This document shows, piece by piece, positions 46,501 through 59,568 of a stretch of DNA of 64,000 bases (position 1 is its first letter; each line of letters starts with the position of its first letter). Under the pieces are notes generated by a model that had not been told where the DNA came from, ran no database searches, and was given only the letters and a program-made list of their open reading frames with translations. Where the stretch lies: positions 1 to 64,000 of the IMG/VR virus record IMGVR_UViG_3300032038_000025. One strand, given 5' to 3'. This DNA is from a virus (taxonomy: Duplodnaviria > Caudoviricetes). The translations under genes and the position numbers were made by a program.

Positions 46501-48080
46501 TAAACAGAACATTTAAAAGAACCAAAAGAAACAATATTACTTATTTGAATATTTTTTATTTTATTTCCTTGAACAATTTGGCTACCCTAAGACAATTCTT
46601 CAGTTGTCTATGGTAAAGATTGTAAGATACCTTCTTTAGAAACATATCCCCAAGAGAATGAATAAGTATAATTTTCATCTTCTTCTTTATCCTATCCACC
46701 AACTAAACAGGTTAAAGTAGGACATCCATTATCATAATAAAAATCAGTCCCACTATCAGACTAAATAGATACTTTATAAGCATCATTTGCTAAATTTTGA
46801 ATATTAATCTATTTTCTTACGACAGTTCCATCATATACAATAGCAACTCTAAATCTATTATTTTCAGCTAAAGCATCTTTTAAATATAAAATATATGTAT
46901 CTGATCCAGGAACCCATTCTATAATATCCTCCTGTCCCTATTCTTGCGCGGGAATAATATTAAACTAATTTAAGCATTGCCACCCACCGCCTAAAAATCT
47001 ATTATACTATTGACTTTTAGAAGTAATTCCAATATGTTCTCTCCCCCAATAGAAAGAAATATTTTGTGCGGCAGTTGCTAATTTACCTTTTATTTTTACT
47101 TGTGCTTTAATACTTCTGTAAGATTTATCAAGGTCTTTATCCTATTCAGTAAAAAATCTTCCTTCAGGAGTCCAAAAATTAATAGCAACACCGTTAATTT
47201 CAGATTCGCTCATCCGTACAGCGCCAATTATTTCAAAATCTGAAAGAATTATATCTCCGCTATCTAATCTTTTTTCAGTCTATTTTCCTGTTGCATTTGA
47301 AAAATCTTTATTAAATATTTGAATAGACTAAACTCTAATAAAATTAGGGCCATCAATATCAAAAACCTAATATTGACGAGTTTTACGACTTAGCCTATAT
47401 GGGTTATCTACCATAAGAGTTTCATCAATAATATATTTTCTAGTAACCTATTCACCAGATGCGTTATCCTTAAAAGTTAAATTAAAAATCATTCCATAAT
47501 GACCCTCAAATTGACGCATAGGAGGAATAGCTGTTTGAATAGAAGCTCCTAATATAATTGAAGAAGATTCTTTTAAATATAATTGTATTGCTTGGTCATT
47601 TATTTTTATTTTCGGTTTCGGTTCTGCAGGTTGTTCGCCACTCTCGGACTGATCTGTTTCAGCTTCCTACCCGCCAGCCGCATAAATTGTATATATATAG
47701 TCTTCATTGTTAGTGTCTAAATAAAATTGTCCACTTGATTCAATACAATTAGTACCAATTTTATCATAAGCCTAATCTCCAACCGCCTGTGATATATAAT
47801 TAATACCTAATTTGTTGGTAGAACCAAGGATGGTTTTTTGTTTACTAAAATCTCCCTATGGCACTTGTATATATACCATAGAGCCTTGTGTGTATAATAC
47901 ATCAGTATTTGTACTAAAAGCTCTAATTGTTGAGTCTTGATATCGACATCTATATTGACCTATTGTTTCATCCTAACAAGATAAAATAACGGCCTAAATT
48001 GTTTTGTCATACTTAGCTTTTTGTACAGCATTGTCAGTTAAAATATCTATAGCATCTAAAACATTCTAACTTACATTCAT
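43506..48080 (-). CDS. large tail protein (TAG read-through, about 1524 aa)
   Basis: AGGAGG RBS; fragments at 43695, 44991 and 45426 in frame; G.IAGW.I repeats; ends TGA. Confidence 0.75.
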
Positions 48081-48158
48081 AATAAATAGCCTCCTTATGT
48101 CTCCTTCTTATTAAATATAAAAAAAAGATAAAATGGGTTAATTAATTTAGACCTTTAA

Positions 48159-48338
48159 TTAAATTATAGAATATTTTTTTAGATTTTTCAACTTTTTTAT
48201 TCCATCTATGTGATATCTTGTAATATTAAAAAAATCTTCTTCAGTAATCTATCCTTTTTTAACTTTTTTCATCATATCTGCTAACGAATATACGCCCTAA
48301 TCCCATTTATATTTAATTATATTAACTGTCTATTTCAT
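48159..48338 (-). CDS. XkdX-like small protein (TAG read-through)
   Basis: GGGAG RBS; G.Y.....V.KG*ITEEDF..IT pattern. Confidence 0.55.
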
Positions 48339-48362
48339 TATTATCACTCCCTTAAATAAAAG

Positions 48363-48390
48363 AAAAGGGAGTTTATATAAACTCCCTTTT
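48363..48390. terminator. terminator hairpin after the tape-measure gene
   Basis: AAAAGGGAGTTTA-TA-TAAACTCCCTTTT. Confidence 0.8.
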
Positions 48391-48395
48391 ATATT

Positions 48396-51300
48396 TTATC
48401 GTCTCATTGCGCGCTGTGCGGCAAGATTTACTAAGTTATTAAACGCATCTTCAATCTATTGTTTGCTATTAACATTTGGGAAAGATGCTTCAATTTTTAT
48501 ATTTTGTTCAATAGTATCTGATTGATTATTAAACATATTAAAACCAGATTTAATATTAGACATTTTTACTTGAAGCCCATCTTTAAAATTACCAGCAATC
48601 TATCTTAATATTGAAATACCATTTAAGAAATTTTTAGTATCATCTTGATTTAAAACTAACTACTTTTTATCAAGTATAGCAATTTGACCCTAGTCTGAAT
48701 TCCAATCTCCCGTATAACCACCAGAAGCAAATCTTGCAATAGTTCTACGAGTTAATGAATTTCCTCCTTGAAGATAAAGATGTCCAGGTTGATTTGAACT
48801 TGATGCATTTGGTTTTTTAACATTATTAGATGTGCTTCCAGATCCATCAGAACCAGATCCGCCTCCATCAGAACCAGAACCACCAGTTCCATTATCTCCA
48901 CTAGACTGATATGCATTAGATAAAGCTGCTAATCTAGCTTGTAAATTAGCGGCTGCTTGGTAAATAGTATCCGTCATTCGCTAATAAGCCTTGCCGGTTT
49001 CAGCATAAACCGCCGCTTGTTCACGCTAATTATCAATAACACTTTTAATTTGGCTGACCATTTCTTTCGCAGCTGTGGTAACATTTTTATACTGTTCTTT
49101 TAAAGCATCTGCCGCAGTTTTTAACTATAATATAGCACTAAGTTCAGTAGACATACGATTAATCAACTAATCATTCTATTCAACTAAATCAGAAAACTCA
49201 TCAGTTAATTCATCAGTTCCTTCTGCAACATCATCTAAACTGATACCCGCAATTTCTGCCATCTATTCTAACTATTTTTGATAGTTTTTAGTGGTCTAAT
49301 CTAATGCTTCAAATGCTTTTTGGGTTGCTGGTATAAGACCGCCCTCTCCAGTGATTTTATCCATCATTTGTTGAATACCACCATTCCACCCAGGAACAAG
49401 AGTTTCCATAAGCGTTTTTAATTGCTCTTTAGACATATTTTTATAATTTTCAACATTAGTATTATATAAAGACGCATAATTTTGAATGGCAGAATCCATT
49501 AAATTGTTTCTAATATTAAGATTTTGCTATATATAACCAGTAATTTTATCTTGATATGCCTCATCTAGTAATGCTATTTGCTATGCTTTCTATTCTTCAG
49601 TTAAGGTAGCATCTAACATTAACTACATTCTTTTTTCTATATATTCTTGATAAGCAGCATACATTTCATCCAAATTTTGACGATATTTATCTTTATCAAA
49701 ATTATATAATTCATTTTGAGCATCAAGATAATTTTGTTGAGCATCTTCAATGCTCTATTCATCAGCAACATATTGATAAGAATAATTACCTTGAGCATCT
49801 CGTTTTAGTCTTAAAGATGTCTTACTAGATTGCGCCTATTCAAGAGCTATTCTAGCCTGTTCAACTTGTAACAGTTTTTCTGCTCTATCAACATCATATT
49901 GAGTTAATTTTTCTCTAGTCTTTAAATTCTCTAATTGTTCATCCATTAGTTTCTTTAAAGCCTTTTGATTTTTTAACCCATCTGTATTATTAATAGCTTT
50001 TTGGAATTTGTTTTCAAGAGATTGAAGTTCATAAGCAGAATTTACAGTATCTAAATATTCATCTGCGGCATCCTGCATATACTCCCACTCTTGACCTAGA
50101 TAATCAAGTCCTTTACCATTAGTAAGATTATTATTTAATTCTTCAAAAATTAAATTAAAAGTATTAGTATATTTATCTCTAATAAGATTTGCGCCATCCT
50201 ATATAGCGGAATTGATATTCTAAATAGCTCTCTTATAATTTTCTTCAAACTTTTCAGCTGCATTTGTCTGACCTGCGGCGATTGCAGCATCACGCCGTTG
50301 TTTCAAGAAATCCGCCTGTTTTCTTAATGAATCAATCTGCTTATTTTGATTATTTAGCATTTTATTATAATATTTATCCATTGCCGCATAATTCTTATCA
50401 CCATAAAGAATTTGCAATAAATCAATATTATGCTAAATTAAACCATTAACAAAATCATATCCTTCAATTTGTTTATCAAATTGATCTGCAATATCATCAA
50501 TAGTATCAAGATAAGCCTTATCAATATTATCAACAAGCTACTCAACTTCTTCCATTTGGTTCATTAATTCTTCCCAATCCTAAACCAAATGTTCCATAGC
50601 TTGTGCTTTGTCTTTGCCATAAATATCAGACCAACCAGTTTCATTGATTTCATTTATTTCTGCAAAATCTGCTTTTAATTGGTTAGTTAGTTTTTCGATT
50701 GAACCAATTGATCCACCTAAACCGCCATCTCCAAAGTATGAACGAAGATCATTAAAATCTTGTTTAACATCTCCAAATAATTCATCAAATTCACTATCTT
50801 TAAGAATATCTGTCGGCTAAAGAACATTTCTTACAAAATCATTCCAATCTCTTGCGGCTTCACCCATATCAAGACGAAGTTCAATTGAATAGCGGAATTT
50901 TTTAATATTATTTTCAATTTGCTTTTGAAGAGCTTCATCAAGAGCATCATTAGTTTCACCATACTCATTTTGAATATCTTCATATTGTTTAATTGCGCTC
51001 TAAAGCTATTTAAGTGCATCTTCGCCCTATTTGATTTTATCATCATATTCTTTAATAGCGGCAGATAGACCCTCTTTATAGGCTTTATCGGTAGATTTAT
51101 TATATTTCTAAACAAGTTCATTTCTTTGAGCAATTAATCCATTTAATTCAGACTATTTTCCAGTTAAAATCTATTGATAATTAGCAATATTATTATATTT
51201 ATCAAAAGTAACACCAAGATTTTTAAGAGTCTATCTTTGATTCTTTAAATCCTATTTTTGAATTTTTTGTTTTTCTTTTAATTTAGCAATACTTTTATCA

Positions 51301-54300
51301 AGGGTTGCATTCTGCTTATTTAAATTATCAATATATTGTTTACCAAATAATTTATCCTAATCTTTGGTTAACTTCTAAAGTGAACGATCAATCTTTTTAA
51401 GATCTCGATTGACATCATGATAAGGATCGGCGGTTTTCTTTAATGGCTTTTTCTTTTCCTTTTTAGAGGTATCAGGCTTGGTTCCACCGCCGCCTCCTCC
51501 GCCTCCGCCGCCACCTTTTTTGCCGCCGCTTCCGCCGGCATTACTGGCGTGCTTATATTTAAATCCACCACCGGAAGATTTATTTGCAGATATAACTTTT
51601 AAACCAAAAGCTTTGCTTTGTTTTTTTACTTTCATAGGTTCTGGTTTTGGAGTGACATCTAAAGCATCATATTGCCATGTTCCACTATATCCATCTCCAG
51701 CCTAAATAACAGGACCAGAATCTGAAGAACCCATACTAACCTATGGAAATCTAACAGTACCTGTTACAGTTCTTGCATTTGCATCATATGCAGCTACCTC
51801 AGACTCTTCTTCTGCATCAGTATCTGTTTCAATAACTTCTGCATCAACACCCATAGAAGCAAGATAATCAGTAGCTTGTTGAGCCGTTTGGAAAGCCCCA
51901 TCAACCATCTAACTCAATCCATTTAAAAAATCTTGATTATTTAATGAAGCACCAATCTACATATCATCAAGATTTTGACCCTAATAATATTTATTCATTA
52001 AATCATTAAAACCATTATTAAAGTCTTCTGTATTAAGTCCAACTTGCATAGCAATATCTTGTTGTGCAGCTTCCATTAAATCATCATAAGCCTCTTCAGA
52101 TCCCTATGCAGCCGCCTTCATTAAATCAAGATTTTCTGCATTGGTTAAAAAGTCTTCTGATAAAGATGTCCCATCTAGATCAAGTAAATCAGAATATGCA
52201 TCTCTTAACTCTCCTATGGCTTTAGATTGTTTTTGTAAACTACCACTAGAAAGTGCATCCATCCAATCTTCATAATTATCAGACACATCTTTAATAGCAT
52301 CGTCAAATCTTAAAACAGCTTCAGCAACATCTTCTGCCGCTCGCCCATCCTATTGTAAACTATCTGCTAATTCCTCAGACGATGTACTCATCTACTAAAT
52401 TACCTAAGTCATTTTAGCTAATTCACTCTAATCAACATCTTCATCAGTTGGAAACATCGCATCATGCATTTGATGAGCAAATTCTTTCCATATCTATTCA
52501 TTTTCTTTAGCTTTTTCAGAAAGGTCTCCAGTATAATCACTAATTTCAGTAACTTTATTAGCTAATGCTTCAGCTTGTTGAGCTGTTAATTCTCCATTGT
52601 TAGCAAGTTGTAACCATTTTTCAGCAAGCCATTTAGTTCTTTCATCAGTATCTCCAACAACATCTCTTAAATATTCAGCTTGTTTAACAGCCTGATCCAT
52701 TTCAACATAAGTATGAGTTTGTGAACCTCCACGCCCAGCATTACCATATGCATCTGAAAAAGCTGCAACTTTAGTTTCCTAAGTTTTTACTGCACTTTTA
52801 GTTAATTCATCATAATTTTGATTAGTAACTGTGTCTGGATGAGCTTGAGCATTACCAATTCTACTTAATCTATTTTCAATTTCTCCCATTGCAGCATGGA
52901 AGCCATCAAGTTTAAAAGAATTAATAGTTTCATAAAATTCTTTAGCATTACCAACTAATTTATAAGTACCATCGCCAGCAATTTTAAAATAAGATTTAAG
53001 CTATGGAGCAAGACTATCAAAATCTTCTGATGAAATATTCTTACCACTTCGTACAGTATCCTAAATACCTTGATATTGATTATAAGTTTCAGCTGCTTTT
53101 CTTTGATAATCTTGAAAATTATCTTTATTTAAATTAACTGCCGCAAGGTTAGATAAATCCATTCCCGCAATTTTTTGAATAAGTGCTAATAAAGTGTCCC
53201 AACTATCAATAGCCTATGGATCCACTTCAATAAAATCAAATAATGCATTAAGATGCTATTCATCTAATGATTCAAGAGCCTTTTTAACACCCTCTGTCAT
53301 TTCTCCGTCAAACTTGTCGTTCCACTATTTAATTTTATCTGCATACTCATCAAATTGAATAAATTTATCTCTATAGTTTCTAGCCAACTATGCATCAACC
53401 ATTGCATATAACTAATCATCACTATATTTTCCTTCTCCAAATTGCGCCTCAAGAGAATCTTTTAATGCTTCTCTGGCGTCCATATAATCATAAACGCTTT
53501 CAATGGCCTCATCTTGAATTTCAGGAAGTTTTAAAGCCTCAAGCTATGTAGAATATTTTTCATAATCCTTCATAGCAGCATCGTATGATTTTACACTATC
53601 CTCCATAGATTTTAACCATTGAGTTACCTCTTTATAAAGTGGAGACTATTCTAATTCTTTTTTCTGCTTCTAACTAAGATTATCTGTATACTAATTAATA
53701 GCATCATTTAGCTCATGATAAAAATTAACAATATCATCGCCCTCTAAATCCATTGAAAACTATAAACCATTCATGGTCTAATCTTGAAAAGCTGAAAGTT
53801 GAGATAAGGCTGTTCTTAATCCATTATCTTGTCTTCTACCACTACTAAATGTAATACCATATTGATTTGTAAGAGTATTTGCATCACCATTTGTTTTTGT
53901 AGCGACATCCTAAGCTACAAGTTTCCCGGCAGATTCCATTTCTGCTTTTGCAGATTCTTTTCCTTCTTCAGCAGCCGCCCTTCTTTTCTTAAGAATTCCT
54001 TCTGTTAAATTATCATAATGTTTTCTTAACTAATCTGCGGCCTACCCCTATAAACCATACTGATCAATAAGATTTTCAATTTGAGATTTTAACTAATTTC
54101 TAGTAATTTCATGCTATTCATATTTCTTTTGTAACTAGTCTAAAGATGAATATAATCCTCTTTGAGCCTAAATATTTTCTTGGATTGCATTTGCCTATTC
54201 AATATTTGCTTTAGCATTCTAAATGGCTTGTCTTCTTGCTTGCTATTTTATTGTTATAAGAGTTGTTATAACTGTAGCAACTGCCATTACTGCTGCAACA

Positions 54301-56960
54301 GCCACACCAGCAGAAAGACCTCCCAAACCAAATAATCCTATAATGGCGGCTCTGGCTTGAGTAAAACCATAAATAAGCATTGGAATCATACTAGTAATAT
54401 TTGTTGTTAATTGTAAAAATCTCTAACCATCTGTTAAATCTTTATTATTCCAAATATTACCAAGATTTTGAAATTGTTGGATAACCGAAGTTAATGTTGC
54501 AACGGAACCAGCTAATGCAGTCACATTTTGAACAGTTGATTGTAAATCTACATCTTTTTTCTTTTGATTAAAACTTTTATTTAAAGCAGCTCTTTCTTCT
54601 TCTAATTTTTGCTTTTGTTGTCTATATTCTTCTAATTTTCCTTCTTCTGCACTTTCTATTAATTCATCTATATGTTGAATTTGCGAATTTATAGTTTGCA
54701 TTAAATTCTTATAAATATTATCTACAACATCTGCGGCCTATTTATTAGTTCCTTTAAAAGTAGATGTATCAAAACTATTTAAATCATTTTGCATGTTTTG
54801 AAGAGATTTCTTTACATTATCAGATAAAAAACTAAATGGACTATTAGCCTCATTTAATTTAAATCCATCAAAAACATCTTGCATAGAATCTTTTAAAGTA
54901 TTAATTTGTTTTGCAAGCTGACCATTTTGATTAAAAGTATTGTTTTGATTTTGAGCATTTAATAAAGTAGATCCAGTAAAATCTTTATAAGCCTGTCTTA
55001 ATTTATCTTGTTCTGTTTGGACTGGTTTAAATGCATCTTTAAGTTCTAATAATTTATTTTTAAATTTCTCAATACCATTTTGACCAGCTAGAGCCTCATT
55101 TAAGTCATTATACCCATCCATAAAAATATCAACATTTTGACTTAAAGCCTTAAAACCCTATTCTAATAAATGATATTTTTCTCTAGCAACATCTAGCTCT
55201 CCAGCATTTTTACTTATATCTTGCAATTGCTTTTGCATGATATTAAAATCTCCTGAAGATAACTTTCCACTTTGAGCCATTTTTAAAAGATCATTCTATT
55301 GATTAATTATAAATTGAGTGGTATCATCTCCAACGCCTTTATCTTGTAAATTTTTAGCTTCTGCAATTGCATTTTTAATATATTGAGTTTGTTGTTTAAC
55401 TTTCTCAAAATTATTAATAGTAGTAGTAATACTGCCTGCTATTTGTTTACTAAAGACTAGCATAGCAACAGAACCAAGATCTCTTAATACTCCTATGCCG
55501 CCACCAATACTATCAACAAAATTAGCACCAAAAGTCGCAAGCTATGATAATGCATCAATTATTTTATTAATACTATCTGTATCAGCTAAACTATCATATA
55601 TATCTTCCATTGATGCCTTTAATGTTTGAAGATGTGCAGCTGTTGAATCCATATAAGTATCTTGTTGCTCTTGTAACGTACCTGCCGCACCTTGCGCAGT
55701 AGCTAATGCTTCATTATATTTTTCAAAATTATCAAATAAAGCAATTAAATTAGAATATTGTCTTTGACCTGCCATAGTTTGTGCTAAAGAAATCTGTTGC
55801 TCACGAGTTAATGATTCCCATTTATTACCAATTTCTTCCATTACCTCGCCCATATCACGAAGATTACCATTCATGTCAAGAACATTAAATCCTAATTCTG
55901 CCATTTTTCCAGAATAATTACCAAGAGTAACGCCATCTTCATCAATACCAGCTTTAATATCACTAATACGAGCATATACGGTTCTTAAAGCAGTACCAAC
56001 ACTTTCAGGCGCCTGCCTAGTAACAGAAATAATTGTTGACAACTGTGCGGCTAACTGATCCTAACCTACACCCATCGCGGCGGCCGCACTTGCAACCTTA
56101 CTCATACCAGTACTTAATTCCTAAAGGTTTGATGCCGTTGTTGCAGCAACCGCAGCCAGTCTATCAACATAAAGCTATGCTTCATCCGCGGTAACTTTAT
56201 AACCATTCCATACAGCAGTTAACTATTCTGAAACAGCATCTGTTGATTGACCAGTAACGTTAGCAGCTTTAAGAGTAATTGCCGCTCTTGCCTATATCTA
56301 TTTATCTGACAAACCCTGTTGTGCATAAATTAATGCAGCATTGGTATAATCAGTTGTTGTTTTTCCTAATTCTTTTGCAGCATTATTAGCTTGTACTGCA
56401 AATTTAGCCATTTCATCACTAGATTTACCAGTAACAATTCTAATATCATTTAATGATGTATCTAATGCTTTTACATATCCCCATGCCTGTTCAACAGATC
56501 GTGAAAAACCATTAACAACACTAGAAGCCACATTCCATTTAATTGTATTAGCAAGTGTTTTTGCCATTTTATCAAGTAAAGCATGGCTTTCTTTTAATTG
56601 AATATTAGTAGTTAAAAGTTGTGTAGTTAAATTTCTAAATGCGGCTTCTCCGGCAGCCCCCGCTCTAGTAAAAGTCTGATAAACTTGCTAAATTGGTAAA
56701 CTCCCTAATTCTTTTTTAAAAATTTCAAGATTAACCGTTCCTAATTTAACATTAAAAGCCTTATCAAGTGCCTACTACACTTTCCTAGCTTCTTTTTCAA
56801 TTTCCTTAAAATAGCCTCTTGCAGTTTGTATATCAGTATTATTAATCTTCATTACATCACTAACTTTCATTTTTTGTAAGTCTTGTAATGAAGATTTTAA
56901 CTGATTTAAATTCTGGGTATTAACATCAAATCCAACTTGATATTTAATTTGATTTGCCAT
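48396..56960 (-). CDS. tape measure protein (TAG read-through, about 2854 aa)
   Basis: 12 track fragments share one frame; TP901-type core LDTSLNDIRIVTG and VTRQAPESVGTALRT; FASGGYTG near the C-terminus. Confidence 0.9.
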
Positions 56961-57070
56961 ATCCTTTTATCTCCCTTATATATAATAACAAAAATCTATA
57001 TATAAAAAAAGTATTATTTTATATAACCTATATAGCCATATAAAATAATACTTTTAACACTTATCATTAT

Positions 57071-57499
57071 TTATTCTTCTATTCCATCTGTGGCAAATTC
57101 ATGTTGTTCTAGCAATTCCGCATATGTATTTCTTATGTGTTCAATACTAGCTTGCGCACGTTCATTTTTAAATTTTGGATGTGTGCCACAAAATTCAAGA
57201 TATTCAGTTATGTTTTCAAGTGTTTGATTCCATGATTCCATACTATGAATGCGGTTATTAACTATATCATCACTAAATTGTAGAATAGAAGCTCGTTTAG
57301 CTTTAGCCTAATTAGTGTCAATTTTATTATCAAGTTCACTAATTTCTAAATGAATTTCATCTATTGCCCCAAGTATTTCTCTCTTCTAATCTTCTTTCTT
57401 ATCTTTTCTAGCAATAAGAAATTGAATAAAATTCCAAATACCTACTGAAGCAAACATGCTTATAATACATGTTATTATTGTCTGCCACATTGGGTTCAT
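57071..57499 (-). CDS. membrane-anchored holin-associated protein (TAG read-through)
   Basis: N-terminal TM helix; RASILQFSD...HPKFKN motif; lies next to the lysin. Confidence 0.65.
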
Positions 57500-57600
57500 T
57501 AGCAATATCACCTTTCCGGGCGGGAGCGCATTAGCAACAGCCGCCCTTTAATATAATAAATTTAAGATTCATCCCTTATCTCCTGTTGCAAATATTATTA

Positions 57601-59226
57601 TCAACATTTGCTTAACCTAATTTTAATCTCTGTAAATGGTTTACCAAACCAACCTGCGGTTTGATTTCCATCACCAGACTCCCAATTGGTGTCGTGAATT
57701 TCAGAATAGTATTTGTTATTATCATAGGGTTTTACAGAATATACTGCTTCATAGTAAACCCCACCAGTTTTTGTTGTATCTGTAGTATAATAGATTTGAA
57801 TAGCATCTAAACTATTAACACCATTTCCTACCCACTGTCCATTAGAGTATTTTTTAGACCAACCTTTATTGAGGTAATGAACTCTATACTGAACAGAACC
57901 AGAAGAAACATTCATTTTAATTTTAAGAATACTGTCATTTGCTACACCTGCGGCGGCGCCGTTCTTTGCAGCTTTAAGGGTGCCGTGATTTCTTGTCTGA
58001 AGGGTGTAAGAGATTGTAGGTGCGGCGGTCGCCATTGAAGCGCTCGTATTACCAGTGGTTGTAATAGTCGTCTAAGCGGTGGTTGCCGCAGCTCCATACT
58101 TCGGACGAGCATATCCTCGAATGTTGCCATCGCCTATTGTATAATAGCATCTTCTTACAGCATTATTACTATTTCCTTCAATAGTAACAATTGTCTTACC
58201 ATTCACGGTCTCGACAATACCAATGTGGTCTGCAAAACCATCATTGGGCTGAGTAGAATCGTCCCAGTTAAAGGTAATAATATCACCCGCTTTGGGAATA
58301 ATGCTTCCATCTTCATACCAAATTCCTTTAGCTTTGAATAATTGTATATGCCTTTCAACGCCACATTCTGTTCCACCAATTAGATCAGTGGCACCAGCCT
58401 TGATAAACGCAGCAGAAAGAGTGGCATCACACCATGCATCATACATGGAAAGAGCCACACCAAGAGCGAGAGGTTTATGATTGTTGTATGTATTAATAAC
58501 ATCTGCATGAGCATTGGCATTGTTAATCCATCCACGGTAAACATTCAGTACCTGTTCTGCGGTCACGCCAGTTTTAGCTTTTGCTTTTGTTGTAGTCTTT
58601 GACGAAGAAGATTTCTGCGCATACTTTTTCCAGTCGGCGGCAGTGCCATAAAAAATATTGAGATCCAGATTGGAATTATATCCATTTAATCTTCCTGCGC
58701 CAGTATACTGATAGATTGCAACCTTACCAAAAGTTCCCCAACCATTAGCGTCAGTCCAAGGATTAGATTGATATCCGTATACTAAATTATGATTTGCGTA
58801 TTGCGCACACCAAAGTGGGTATCCCGCAGAACCAACCGACGCCGCAAGAGGAACAATACTTTTGCTTGTATAAAGGAAAGGCTTTACACCAGAAAGTTTA
58901 TAAAACTCATCCATTAAATTTTTAAGATAAGAAATATTGTTCCAAGCACTATTTTGATAAGACTACCAATCAATAGCCATAATAGCTTTTCCAATATAAT
59001 TTTTTACTTTATTATAGAAAAACTTCGCCTATGCGGCAGCTCCACCGCCACCAACATAATGATAACACCCCGCAAGTTTACCTCTATTTAGCACAGTGTC
59101 GATCTTATAAAAATCAGGATTGATATATGTTGTACCTTGCGTTGCCTTAACAATACAAAAATCATATGGTATCTTGGTTACATCTACTGAGTTATTTGAA
59201 GAAATATCAACTCCATTTAATGCCAT
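57601..59226 (-). CDS. modular endolysin GH25 + CHAP + cell-wall-binding domain (3 in-frame TAG)
   Basis: Three track fragments in one frame; GVDIS, KATQG, IDW*, WCD...HIGIV...EGN motifs. Confidence 0.9.
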
Positions 59227-59285
59227 ATAAATACCTCCTTAAAAAAGAAAGGAGAGAAATAAATCTCTCCTTAATTAATAGTTAC

Positions 59286-59555
59286 TTAATCTAATGTCTG
59301 TGTTTTCTTAATCAGCTGATTAATGCCAGTTGCGGCAAAGCCAGATACAATGCCGATCGCAAGCGCATTAATAATATCTGCCGCAGGAAAGTCTGGCATG
59401 ACAAACATTCCAATCACACCAAGAATTGCTCCTGCAACTCCCATGATAGATGGGATGCGATCGTTGTTAATCTGTGTCCACTCCTTGACAATATAGCCAA
59501 TAAGATAGCAGATAATTGTAATTCCTGCAACACTAACGATACCTAAAGATTCCAT
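59286..59555 (-). CDS. holin
   Basis: Three TM segments; GIVSGFAATGINQ; directly upstream of the endolysin. Confidence 0.85.
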   Translation of the reverse strand: MESLGIVSVAGITIICYLIGYIVKEWTQINNDRIPSIMGVAGAILGVIGMFVMPDFPAADIINALAIGIVSGFAATGINQLIKKTQTLD

Positions 59556-59568
59556 AATAATATCCCCC

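Noticed and set aside
21530-59226. Decayed prophage / mass pseudogenisation
   Set aside because: The interruptions are TAG in otherwise continuous frames with no frameshifts between track fragments, and a CUA tRNA is present.
14367-59226. Standard code-15 interpretation (TAG=Gln)
   Set aside because: It would put Gln at the GH25 catalytic Glu and the nuclease's conserved Glu, and the suppressor has Glu rather than Gln features. Disfavoured, but not formally excluded without proteomics.
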